From a virus (lineage: Duplodnaviria; Caudoviricetes), in the IMG/VR virus record IMGVR_UViG_3300048854_000074, positions 6,118-70,117 of that record: DNA of 64,000 bases. One strand, written 5' to 3'. The position numbers and the translations under genes were made by a program. A model generated the notes under the pieces. It was not told where the DNA came from. It saw nothing but the letters and a program-made list of their open reading frames with translations, and ran no database searches. Shown piece by piece: positions 29,649 through 37,818 of the stretch (position 1 is its first letter; the number at the start of each line of letters is the position of its first letter).

Positions 29649-29819
29649 TCATGACAGCGCCAACCGTCGCATCCACTCCGATTCATTCGGCCTGCGGTGC
29701 GTGCTGGTTACTCTCAGCGTCTTGTTTCGTGGCCAGGTGACCGGCGGCTTGGATTCCGCTTTCGGATGGGCCAGCAGGGCATTTACCAGTCGCGTGTACG
29801 TGTCAGTGGATTTACTCAT
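29649..29819 (-). CDS. Hypothetical protein
   Basis: MSKSTDTYTRLVNALL; overlaps the upstream stop. Confidence 0.45.
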   Translation of the reverse strand: MSKSTDTYTRLVNALLAHPKAESKPPVTWPRNKTLRVTSTHRRPNESEWMRRLALS

Positions 29820-30075
29820 TACTGTCCACCGGCTTACTAAATAGTGCTTCCGCCAACTTCCGGGCCTCGCTCCAATCTTTAGTTGAGGACTCCTCAGCCA
29901 GAAACTCTTCAAGCGTCTTTGTCATGCGGCGCGGTTGCTCTGGAATAGGGGAGTTGCCCCAGGTGGATCGATCTTTCTTGGAGACGACCTGGCGCGATCC
30001 TTCAGCACGGCTTCTCTCAAGGTTCGCCAGCGGATCGCCGCCGAACGAGCCGGAGTAGGTAATTGATCGAGCCAT
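29812..30075 (-). CDS. Hypothetical protein, first late gene
   Basis: ATG 30075 just after the late terminator. Confidence 0.5.
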   Translation of the reverse strand: MARSITYSGSFGGDPLANLERSRAEGSRQVVSKKDRSTWGNSPIPEQPRRMTKTLEEFLAEESSTKDWSEARKLAEALFSKPVDSNE

Positions 30076-30088
30076 GAGGACGGAAAGC

Positions 30089-30120
30089 AAAAAGCCCGCA
30101 AGGCTTTACCTGGCGGGCTT
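30089..30120 (-). terminator. Late-leader terminator (tR'-like)
   Basis: AAGCCCGC...GCGGGCTT with U-tract on the - strand. Confidence 0.7.
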
Positions 30121-30229
30121 CAATGGAAATTCGGGACGAGTTCAACCATCACGGTTTGAACTGGAGCTTTCGCTCTATCGTCCTGCGTCGGCTCTGTTTC
30201 GCTTTCGCTACTACGACGACTAAGTCCGT

Positions 30230-30257
30230 AGAATACACCATCCATTGTGGTTTACAA
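30230..30257 (-). promoter_or_regulatory. Putative late promoter (pR'-like)
   Basis: TTGTAA-16 bp-TATTCT downstream of the Q region. Confidence 0.55.
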
Positions 30258-30258
30258 G

Positions 30259-30573
30259 CTAATTCTCGCAAGATAGCGCAAATTTTCTGAAATCCTCGTC
30301 GCCGGTCGCGATGTGCTCCAGATTGCTGCGCTGATTAGTCTTGAATTGGCCTTTGGGTAGGAACACTCGGTCAAACTGCCCGTGCCACTTGCCAAACCTG
30401 GTTGGCTCTCCTCCTCTATATGCAGACGGGCCACACGCGCTGCAAAGCTTTTTGCCCTCGCGACCCTCAATGCCGACCCAATCGAAGAACTCGTCATGAA
30501 CGCCAGCGCCCCAGTAGCGGCCCAATGCAGTGTTTTCACAACACCCGCAGTGCTCACATTGAAATAAGCTCAT
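30259..30573 (-). CDS. Cys-rich hypothetical protein
   Basis: MSLFQCEHCGCCENTALG; ATGA-coupled to Q. Confidence 0.65.
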   Translation of the reverse strand: MSLFQCEHCGCCENTALGRYWGAGVHDEFFDWVGIEGREGKKLCSACGPSAYRGGEPTRFGKWHGQFDRVFLPKGQFKTNQRSNLEHIATGDEDFRKFALSCEN

Positions 30574-31082
30574 GCCGCATCCCTCAAAAGACTCCGCGCC
30601 CGGCCAGAGGTATCCGCAACCGACGACATCATGCAAGTCATCACGCCGTCGAATTTCTTTTGATGCTTCGCCCAGGATTCAACCGGCAGCCCAGCAGCCA
30701 ACGCGCGCTCTGAATCCGAGTAACGCTTGGCTCCTGTTCCGCCGCATTTGTTGCACTTGCTGGAGTGGCCCGACTCGATCGTGTATCCAGTACCCTTGCA
30801 CGTATCGCATGTGTCGATCAGATATTCCTTGATGCATGCGGTCGCCAACTTCTGTGCGTAGGTCAATTCAACCTTCAAACGCTGGGCCGCTTTGTTCGCC
30901 AACATATGCAACGCACGCTTCCCAGCGGAGCGATCATTAGCAAACTTGAACCTCAGTAGAGCGGAGCCGAGCGCATCCGACATTCCCAGCGCAGTAATTC
31001 GGTCAATCGCCTTTTCCTCTCGCTCATTCCACGCGAGATTTGACGAATGAACATCACTGGCGATCTTCTCTCGAATCATCAC
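30570..31082 (-). CDS. Antitermination protein Q-like
   Basis: CDTCKGTG...CNKCGGTG zinc finger; position before the late promoter. Confidence 0.75.
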   Translation of the reverse strand: MMIREKIASDVHSSNLAWNEREEKAIDRITALGMSDALGSALLRFKFANDRSAGKRALHMLANKAAQRLKVELTYAQKLATACIKEYLIDTCDTCKGTGYTIESGHSSKCNKCGGTGAKRYSDSERALAAGLPVESWAKHQKKFDGVMTCMMSSVADTSGRARSLLRDAA

Positions 31083-31162
31083 GAACCCCGCTTACCGATT
31101 GAACTACTATTAGTTGTCCTATTTTACCGTAAAAACACTACAGGTACCACTTTTTACGTTTG

Positions 31163-31540
31163 TCAATCACCTATTTTGCGATTCATTCCAGCGACCTCGC
31201 GCACTTCGATACCAGCATCACGCGCCTGCTTAACCATGTTCGCCGTACCTCGGCCTCCAGCAAATGCAATGACGAGTTGCGGCTTGTAGTTCAGCATCCG
31301 GGTGTTGCGCATTGGGCCGGCGGCTCGACCATGAACCTCCCATTTAGCAGGGACGTTCAGGCAATCAACGCTTCGCGCCTCTGCCCATAACCTACCCATC
31401 GTGTCCGCGCCTCGCGCACCTCCTTGAATAACCAATTCAATGGCCTTAGTCGCATGTTGCGCGTCGAGCACTTCAAACAATCTCCGCTCCTCCCATTCTT
31501 GCTGACCGTAGTCGCGGCCACCGCATACCAGAACCCTCAT
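31163..31540 (-). CDS. DUF2493/YspA-like SLOG-fold protein
   Basis: MRVLVCGGRDY, IQGGARGAD, GPMRNTRML, AFAGGRGT. Confidence 0.85.
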   Translation of the reverse strand: MRVLVCGGRDYGQQEWEERRLFEVLDAQHATKAIELVIQGGARGADTMGRLWAEARSVDCLNVPAKWEVHGRAAGPMRNTRMLNYKPQLVIAFAGGRGTANMVKQARDAGIEVREVAGMNRKIGD

Positions 31541-31809
31541 TCCCCCTCCAATCCCGTCAAGTTGATCCACTCATACCGAACGCCATCTGGCCGTGGCTGA
31601 TAGCCGTCTTCCAACTTCCGCGCGAATGCCGCTTCCTCATCGGTCATAAGTTGACCGTGCGCCACTCGCTCCGGCCTATCCCGATTCTTCCTCCGCTTCG
31701 TTGGTGCTGTATAGCGGGGGCGGTGGAGGAGCCAGATATCGAGCAGAGCGCCCCATGCGAAGGTGGCGAGGATGAAGCCGACTAGCAGCCCCGGGACGAA
31801 GGCGGTCAT
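31537..31809 (-). CDS. Hypothetical membrane protein
   Basis: N-terminal hydrophobic helix. Confidence 0.55.
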   Translation of the reverse strand: MTAFVPGLLVGFILATFAWGALLDIWLLHRPRYTAPTKRRKNRDRPERVAHGQLMTDEEAAFARKLEDGYQPRPDGVRYEWINLTGLEGE

Positions 31810-31810
31810 A

Positions 31811-32125
31811 TCAGTGGTTTCCTTCTGTAACGATTGTCTCGGACTTATGGACATTCATCTTTCCTTGGCGCTCGCTCCAGTTGCGCTCTGTCGTCACGGT
31901 TCCATCGCTGCAGCGAGTAAAGTAATGCCAATCGCCGGACTTGAACGCGTAGACTTTGCAGCCATCCGCTTCGCGAATCACATGCGGCGTCGCGTCGGCA
32001 CGCTCTTGCGCCTCTCTGTCTGCGACAACTTGCTTTGACCAATCGGAAAAAAAGCAGCCGTACATCATTCCGCCGCATACCCCAGCAGTAAGAATCCATT
32101 GCAGTAATGTGCTGATTCGGATCAT
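31811..32125 (-). CDS. Hypothetical membrane-anchored protein
   Basis: ORF track; N-terminal TM segment. Confidence 0.6.
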   Translation of the reverse strand: MIRISTLLQWILTAGVCGGMMYGCFFSDWSKQVVADREAQERADATPHVIREADGCKVYAFKSGDWHYFTRCSDGTVTTERNWSERQGKMNVHKSETIVTEGNH

Positions 32126-32134
32126 GTCGCCACC

Positions 32135-32398
32135 TCAATAAAGATTTTCGGAATACAGCGTCCCGCCGTCCGTATCATCGCCACCGCATCGCCGGATGAT
32201 CTGCACAGCAGCCTCGGCAACCTTCCAAGCTTCCGTGCGGCTCAGGAAATTCCCCTTGTTGTCGATGAAGCCTTGGTCGACCGGATCGCCCTCGGCGTCG
32301 AGGTGGCGCATGAAGGCGTCCCAGTGCCGGATGCCCAGAACAACTTCGCCAGTGAAGCGCTTGCGGTTTGCTGCACAGACTATGCGGTGGATGGTCAT
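32135..32398 (-). CDS. Conserved-looking phage protein
   Basis: RIVCAANR...QGFIDNKGNFLSRTEA...LYSENLY. Confidence 0.7.
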   Translation of the reverse strand: MTIHRIVCAANRKRFTGEVVLGIRHWDAFMRHLDAEGDPVDQGFIDNKGNFLSRTEAWKVAEAAVQIIRRCGGDDTDGGTLYSENLY

Positions 32399-32672
32399 TT
32401 GGCACCTCGCAACGAATCAATCTCAGCAGTGATGCTCTCACCAGATTCTGCCCCGCAACTCGCCACTGAGATATAGAGCTGCTCGGCGTTGCCTTCGGCA
32501 GAGATGGCCCATCGGTAGCGTTCGGCGTCGGATCGCAGCGCCCGAACCTCAGCGATGAGGGCGATGATGTCCCGTGGCTCACTGGCCTCTACGAATGACA
32601 TTGCTTGGTCCACGGTGACATTCTTGGACATGGCCGCCTTCGCCAGCGCTTCCAGTGCGCGATGTCGATCAT
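32395..32672 (-). pseudogene. Ead-like gene with probable 1-bp deletion near codon 5
   Basis: Coupled ATG 32672 (MIDIA) goes out of frame with LEALAKAA...DAERYRW; in-frame ATG at 32631. Confidence 0.5.
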
Positions 32673-32881
32673 TTTCCGCCTCGGTCAAACAGATCCACTG
32701 GATCCTGATTGAATACGGCAAAGATGCTGGCACCCCAAATGATGGCCGCCAGCGTATAAAAGACGCCCCACCCGATAGGCGGCATGTGAAGCCGGTCCAT
32801 CAACAACCACCAGGCGACGGTTGCCACAATCGGGAAACGGGCCGGGAGGTTTGTCATCTTGACTACCTTGTTCTTTTTCAT
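32669..32881 (-). CDS. Small two-TM membrane protein
   Basis: ORF track; two hydrophobic helices. Confidence 0.65.
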   Translation of the reverse strand: MKKNKVVKMTNLPARFPIVATVAWWLLMDRLHMPPIGWGVFYTLAAIIWGASIFAVFNQDPVDLFDRGGK

Positions 32882-33483
32882 GCGATCTCCAATTCGTTAG
32901 TTGCCGCCTTCTGAAGCTCGCGGACTTTCGCCCGGTAATAAGCCTTCAGTTCTGTGATTTCAGCTATGGTGAGCTTTTTCGGGGCATGCGGTCCTTCGAT
33001 CCATTCGACCCGCTCGACTCCGATCTTCTTGATGAGGTTTGCACGGTATGGGATTAAATTCCCTGACAGGTGGACGTTGCAGGGCTGACAACTGAGGTGA
33101 CAGTTATCTGGCTCGAACCTTAATTCTGGGCACGAGCCAACGCTGCGGTAATGTCCGGCGTGGAGTTGCCCCTGGTGATGCCGGCCGCAGGCGATGCAGG
33201 GCTTACCAGCATCCCGCAAACGAATCCACTGGTTGAATGCCACCTGCAACTCCTTCAGGTGCGTGCCGCGCGTCTTGGCCTTCTCCATCGCGACGCGTAT
33301 CGACTTCCGCTCCTCACGATTAGCGCGAGCGGCTTTCTGCTCGGCGAGCTTGCGGGCGTGAGCGGCGGCGCAATAAGGTCCGCACACCTTCTGCATCGTG
33401 CGGGATGGGGTGAAGACCGTTTTGCATGAGGCGCATTTCTTGGGCTTGAGTGCCTTCTTGACGGGGAGGGAAGTACGGATCAC
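32878..33483 (-). CDS. ninG: NinG/Rap-like recombination endonuclease
   Basis: FNQWIRLRDAG..CIACG...HAGHYRSVG...QCN motifs. Confidence 0.9.
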   Translation of the reverse strand: MIRTSLPVKKALKPKKCASCKTVFTPSRTMQKVCGPYCAAAHARKLAEQKAARANREERKSIRVAMEKAKTRGTHLKELQVAFNQWIRLRDAGKPCIACGRHHQGQLHAGHYRSVGSCPELRFEPDNCHLSCQPCNVHLSGNLIPYRANLIKKIGVERVEWIEGPHAPKKLTIAEITELKAYYRAKVRELQKAATNELEIA

Positions 33484-33611
33484 TCATCCCTCCACATCGC
33501 CACAAACATGAGGATTAGATAAACGGCGGCGCTCCCCAAAGCGAATGACACGGACATGTGGGGCGACACCATGATCGCAAGCAAAATTGCGTATAGTTGG
33601 CTTCGCTTCAT
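33480..33611 (-). CDS. 43-aa two-TM membrane peptide (not in the ORF track)
   Basis: MKRSQLYAILLAIMVSPHMSVSFALGSAAVYLILMFVAMWRDE; coupled at both ends. Confidence 0.55.
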   Translation of the reverse strand: MKRSQLYAILLAIMVSPHMSVSFALGSAAVYLILMFVAMWRDE

Positions 33612-33727
33612 TCGAAAGTCACCCCCAATGTTCCTGCCGCGTAGCTCTGCACGGCGTCCAGGTATTCACTGAACTCGCCGACACTCATCTGTGTCGTGGA
33701 CTTCCGCCGCGTGATGATCGGCGTCAT
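33608..33727 (-). pseudogene. Stranded NinB C-terminal fragment (39 aa)
   Basis: MTPIITRRKSTTQMSVGEFSEYLDAVQSYAAGTLGVTFE; ATGA-coupled to the HNH stop. Confidence 0.65.
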
Positions 33728-34293
33728 TGGACGTGCCCCCAAGTGTGTCCACGGTTAATGCTGCTGATGTTCGTTGAACACGTATTGAATTGGGCGGCTA
33801 TTTCTCGCTGTAACTTCCCCTCCCTGAGAAGCCGCTTTATCTCTATGACTTCAGCCTCTGTCAGCTTGGAGGCGCTCGACAACTCGCCTTTCCCTCCATG
33901 GAGCTTCTCGGCAAAGTTGCGGCCCAAAACGGAGATTGCGTGTGCAGTGTTGTGTTTGTGGGTACACCACTCAAGGTTATCTGCTCGCGGATCTAGATAA
34001 TCACCATTCATGTGGTTCACGCAAGGCAGGTTGTCAGGATTGGGGATAAAAGCCTCGGCGACGAGACGATGCACATTTCTACCGTGTGTCGTTCCGCCCA
34101 GCCATGCATACACTAGAAGGTACCCGCCGCGGTTGTTGATGACTCGCTTGTTAATTCGACCGGATTTAGCGTTTCGAACATTACCAAGATTCGAAACTTC
34201 GTACTTACCTTCCCACCGTTCGATAGGCAGCCAAACTTCAGAAGCTCCACTCGATTCCAAATTCATTTGCGCCCTCTGCATGGATTTTTTCAA
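33724..34293 (-). CDS. NUMOD4-HNH homing endonuclease
   Basis: EVWLPI...YEVSNLGNVR, VHRLVAEAFI, VNHMNG...NLEW. Confidence 0.92.
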   Translation of the reverse strand: MKKSMQRAQMNLESSGASEVWLPIERWEGKYEVSNLGNVRNAKSGRINKRVINNRGGYLLVYAWLGGTTHGRNVHRLVAEAFIPNPDNLPCVNHMNGDYLDPRADNLEWCTHKHNTAHAISVLGRNFAEKLHGGKGELSSASKLTEAEVIEIKRLLREGKLQREIAAQFNTCSTNISSINRGHTWGHVQ

Positions 34294-34651
34294 TGAGATC
34301 GGAGAACTGTTTTACCGAAAGATCAGCAGTTGACCAGTAGACCTGAATTATCTCATTATCGGGTGTTTGATATTCGTCCTTCAGAAGGAATCTTCTTCGG
34401 TAATACTCCTTCCAAAACTCCATTGGATATTGTTTTCCATTCCACCAAGCGTTGATAGCCATTTCCTCCAGCATGGCATGCAACTTCCTATTTTGCGGCC
34501 CATTCCTCTGCCGCTCCTCCGCAGTAACAATCAACCGCAGCGGCTCGCCCTTGTCGGCAAAGACCGGCGCGTTAGCCTTGATGAAGGCGACGACAGCATT
34601 CCATGCACCGCCGTCTTTCAGTTTGAACTCGCGGTAGAGGGCGGCGGTCAT
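34238..34651 (-). CDS. ninB: NinB/Orf-like recombination protein
   Basis: RNGPQNRKLHAML, WKEYY, STADLSVKQF motifs. Confidence 0.8.
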   Translation of the reverse strand: MTAALYREFKLKDGGAWNAVVAFIKANAPVFADKGEPLRLIVTAEERQRNGPQNRKLHAMLEEMAINAWWNGKQYPMEFWKEYYRRRFLLKDEYQTPDNEIIQVYWSTADLSVKQFSDLIEKIHAEGANEFGIEWSF

Positions 34652-35955
34652 GCCGCCTCCAACTCAATCCAGTCTCCGCCAGCCACATATGCGAGACAGC
34701 CATCAAGGTCGTAAGCTCCGGTCTTCTCGGAAAAGCCATTGCGCTTGACGACATACACGTCGCCATTCGGCTGAACCTGAATGTAGTCGGTATCGTCCTT
34801 GAAGCCGCCCCGATTGCGGAATTGCCGCACCTTGATTGCAGATGCATTCGATTCGGCAATTTGGCGGGCGTCGGTCTCGCGGGCCGCGTGCTCGGTCATC
34901 GCCTTACTGTCAGCGAATCGCCACGTAAATCCATAGGCGCGCGGGAGTTTCCCTGCGCATGCGGAGCTGATGTTCCCACCACGCGCTTTCGTCTTTCCGT
35001 TCTCTCGGAGCCACGCCGCGGCGAGTGAAATTGCGCCAAATGTTATGCCAGCCTCGACGCAGAGAATCTCCCGTGCGCTAGGATGCTTCTCGCCCGAGAA
35101 AGCGGCAGAAATTTTTTCCCGCGTCTTCGCCGATGCAATACGCGTGCGGTTGTGCGCAGCAATAGCAGCGCATCGCTCCACACCAAGCCTCTTGCCGTAC
35201 ATATGATTCCTTTCGCCACTCAGGGCGATTGAAAGTTTCGCCTTCGTATCAGCGCTAAGGGGCTTTCCGAATTGATGGTGGTTCTCGCCCTTCATCTTTC
35301 CGACTAGGCTGGCTGAGACCTTGGCGCGATGCTCGGCTGTTAGCTTTCGCCCCCACATCGGATTGCCGTCGCCGGTCATACGAATCGACATTGCAGCCCG
35401 TTCTATCGGATCCGCCCAACGGCGCAGTGCTGCGAGAGACATCTTTTGAATGGTCGACTTACGGTGACTTTTCCCCCAGTTCGGATGCTTTTCACCGCTG
35501 CGAGCCGCAGACATTCTGGCCCGAACTTCTGCGCTCAGCCGCTTCCCTTTGCTGGCGATAGATAGTTTTCTCCTGGTCTCGGCGTTCGGAACTTTGCCGA
35601 ATTTCTTCGCTGACATTGAAGCTCTCGCCTCATCCGTGTGGCGACGGCCGCGGAACGGTGCGCCGGCAAAGTGAGCCATGTTGTAACGACGATCAGCAGG
35701 GATTGCCTCGATTTGCTCCTGCTCTCGCGCTAAAAGCTCAGACTCAGGAACAATGGCAATCTTCGCGAAGACCAATTGACCTTCACCGTACTTGGCAAAC
35801 GCGCGCTGAAGCGGGCGGCAATGATGCTTCTCGAATCGCAGGAGTGAACGGTGCTGCTGCCAGCGACGCGAAAATGACTTGGTGCTTCCCACGTAGACCT
35901 TTCCGCTTGGAGAGGTGATCGTATAGACGCCGCAATCAAAATTCAGGGCGTTCAT
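34648..35955 (-). CDS. GIY-YIG homing endonuclease with NUMOD3 repeats, fused in frame to an ~83-aa phage protein
   Basis: GVYTITSPSGKVYVGS; repeated HPNWGKSH/HHQFGKPL units; ATG 35955 coupled to the upstream stop. Confidence 0.9.
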   Translation of the reverse strand: MNALNFDCGVYTITSPSGKVYVGSTKSFSRRWQQHRSLLRFEKHHCRPLQRAFAKYGEGQLVFAKIAIVPESELLAREQEQIEAIPADRRYNMAHFAGAPFRGRRHTDEARASMSAKKFGKVPNAETRRKLSIASKGKRLSAEVRARMSAARSGEKHPNWGKSHRKSTIQKMSLAALRRWADPIERAAMSIRMTGDGNPMWGRKLTAEHRAKVSASLVGKMKGENHHQFGKPLSADTKAKLSIALSGERNHMYGKRLGVERCAAIAAHNRTRIASAKTREKISAAFSGEKHPSAREILCVEAGITFGAISLAAAWLRENGKTKARGGNISSACAGKLPRAYGFTWRFADSKAMTEHAARETDARQIAESNASAIKVRQFRNRGGFKDDTDYIQVQPNGDVYVVKRNGFSEKTGAYDLDGCLAYVAGGDWIELEAA

Positions 35956-36476
35956 AAATCCTCCGGTGCGGCCGGCTCCGCTAACCATTGCGAGGGACGG
36001 TCGTCGCCCTCCGGGTAGGTCCGGATAAACGTCAGTAGCATCACGATGTTGCAGAGGAAGTGGCCACGATGTGGATGACCAGACTCGGCGTCGTTTTCCT
36101 CGTTGTCGATCATGCGGAGCAGGTGACGAGCGGCACACGCAAACGCAATACTCCATTGCATGCCCTTGGCCCAATTCCACTCGGCATACTTACGGCGTCC
36201 ATAGTCGAATACGGCGGCGCATTCGTCCCACACGGGGCCGACCAGCCCAATCGCATCCCACAGGGTTTCTGCGTTACCCCCCTCTTGGAAGTGAGCCAGC
36301 GCATGTAGCGCCGAGATCAGACGCGGCTGAGCCAGACCGTCGTGCGCCAAGTGATCGGCAATGACTCGCAACGGAATCAGTTCGATAGGCACCTTGCCGG
36401 AGTTGTAACGCGCCCCGGATCCGCGCGCACTGGAATTGATGTCACCGATACCGTCTTTTTGCCAATGCTCTTTCAC
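35952..36476 (-). CDS. dATP/dGTP diphosphohydrolase-domain protein (DUF5664-like)
   Basis: RYNSGK, YGRRKYAEWNWAKG, AARHL, DAESGHPH motifs. Confidence 0.85.
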   Translation of the reverse strand: MKEHWQKDGIGDINSSARGSGARYNSGKVPIELIPLRVIADHLAHDGLAQPRLISALHALAHFQEGGNAETLWDAIGLVGPVWDECAAVFDYGRRKYAEWNWAKGMQWSIAFACAARHLLRMIDNEENDAESGHPHRGHFLCNIVMLLTFIRTYPEGDDRPSQWLAEPAAPEDL

Positions 36477-36784
36477 GCTGCCTCCGCTACCAAGTCCGCC
36501 AGATCAAAAATCTCAAGTCCCATGCGCTGCGCCACCAGGTGCTCAATCCGCGCGCCGAACGACGCTTCCCAGCCCGGCAACATGCAAATGGCTGTGCAGC
36601 CGCGCATTGCCACCACATCGGCAGCGATGCAATCAAGCCAGTCGGCTTCAGGATCGTTGTTGATGGCCACCGGGTTCACCACGTCCCAGCGGAGATTGCG
36701 CAGGCGAACGGCTGTGCGGTTGAACAAAGGCCAATTAAGGCGGGGAAGGCCAGACATCGGGCCGGAAATATAAATGCGCTTCAC
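36473..36784 (-). CDS. DUF4406-like nucleoside deoxyribosyltransferase-fold protein
   Basis: KRIYISGPMSG...VVNP...LPGWEASFGARIE. Confidence 0.85.
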   Translation of the reverse strand: MKRIYISGPMSGLPRLNWPLFNRTAVRLRNLRWDVVNPVAINNDPEADWLDCIAADVVAMRGCTAICMLPGWEASFGARIEHLVAQRMGLEIFDLADLVAEAA

Positions 36785-36951
36785 TCTGCAATCTCCTTCT
36801 CTTGCTTCTTCGTGGTCTGTTCGACAGCTCGGCGCTGCGCCTCCTGCCACGTCTCCCAGTGGCTTTCGCGTGCGGAGTGCAAGAGCGATTTGTTCTGGCT
36901 TTCGTACCAAGCGTCGAAGTCGGGGCGGTTGAATCCGGGTAGGGTGGTCAT
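36781..36951 (-). CDS. Hypothetical protein
   Basis: Coupled small ORF. Confidence 0.5.
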   Translation of the reverse strand: MTTLPGFNRPDFDAWYESQNKSLLHSARESHWETWQEAQRRAVEQTTKKQEKEIAE

Positions 36952-37115
36952 GGCATTACCTTCCAAAGGACAATGGCAATACCAAGAGAGAACAACCCCA
37001 GTCCACTGAACGTCCAAAGAAGTAAAGGAACGCCAATCAGCAATCCGGGCCATTTGTCGATAAGCCTGACGGCCAGTACTCCGCTCAAGAACATCATCAA
37101 TCCGATCGCTGTCAT
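36948..37115 (-). CDS. Small membrane protein
   Basis: Two hydrophobic helices; coupled. Confidence 0.55.
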   Translation of the reverse strand: MTAIGLMMFLSGVLAVRLIDKWPGLLIGVPLLLWTFSGLGLFSLGIAIVLWKVMP

Positions 37116-37297
37116 TCCCCACCCCCCATCTCCCGCCAAACGTCCCACTCCGAAACGTCCAGCCCTGCCTTGTTGATCCACTCACCTCGCCATTCCATTG
37201 GCTCTGGTGGTTCCAGTTGTTCGCCGGTTATGAAGCGGCGTTCGACTTCGAATGTGTCGTGCCGTGGTGGCGGTTTTGAGCAACTTGTCCACGTCAT
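37112..37297 (-). CDS. Hypothetical protein
   Basis: ORF track; coupled. Confidence 0.55.
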   Translation of the reverse strand: MTWTSCSKPPPRHDTFEVERRFITGEQLEPPEPMEWRGEWINKAGLDVSEWDVWREMGGGE

Positions 37298-37818
37298 AAC
37301 GCCTCCCTATGAACATCACGCGCGTACGCGACAAGCTGGGTAAATGGTGTGGCGCCGACTTTCGGAACGTCTTTGCGTCGGAGCCGATTCCGCATCGCTG
37401 CAGGCTTGGGCTTGCGAACGTCGTCGCCCTCTCCCCATGCGTAAATTGGAAAGGGCGGCCCATTAACTTCAGTCTTCCGCCAACCGGTAATATGGATGCG
37501 GCCGGCGCCATGCATCACTTTCAGAAACTCGCCGACTCGGCGATAGGAAACTCCGGTCCTTTCCGACAGACCCTTAGCGTGATCAGAAGATGATTCAAGA
37601 GACGCCTTCAGCACGGCAAACGCTGGCGAATACTCCGACTTCACATTCCGGCGTTGAGCGAGTCCGAGGTTTTGACCCTTGACCAGCGTGGCGCGAAGGG
37701 TATGCCGAGGTAAGAGGTGCATTTTGGTTTTGAGCGGCTCATTGCAGGCCCAGATTTCCTTGAGAATGCGAATCTCGACTGTCGTCCACTCATGCCAAAC
37801 TTTAGGTGCGCGGCTCAT
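37294..37818 (-). CDS. Winged-HTH-like phage protein
   Basis: ORF track; coupled. Confidence 0.6.
   Translation of the reverse strand: MSRAPKVWHEWTTVEIRILKEIWACNEPLKTKMHLLPRHTLRATLVKGQNLGLAQRRNVKSEYSPAFAVLKASLESSSDHAKGLSERTGVSYRRVGEFLKVMHGAGRIHITGWRKTEVNGPPFPIYAWGEGDDVRKPKPAAMRNRLRRKDVPKVGATPFTQLVAYARDVHREAL

Noticed and set aside
30190-30225. GC-GAAA-GC-GAAAC on the - strand resembling hammerhead stem II
   Set aside because: The upstream core reads CGTAGTA, not CTGANGA
31135-31166. Promoter upstream of Q (perfect TTGACA on the - strand)
   Set aside because: No acceptable -10 at 16-18 bp spacing, so unsupported without TSS data
33724-34340. Group I intron in ninB carrying the HNH gene
   Set aside because: Almost no non-coding sequence flanks the HNH ORF, so there is no room for a catalytic core
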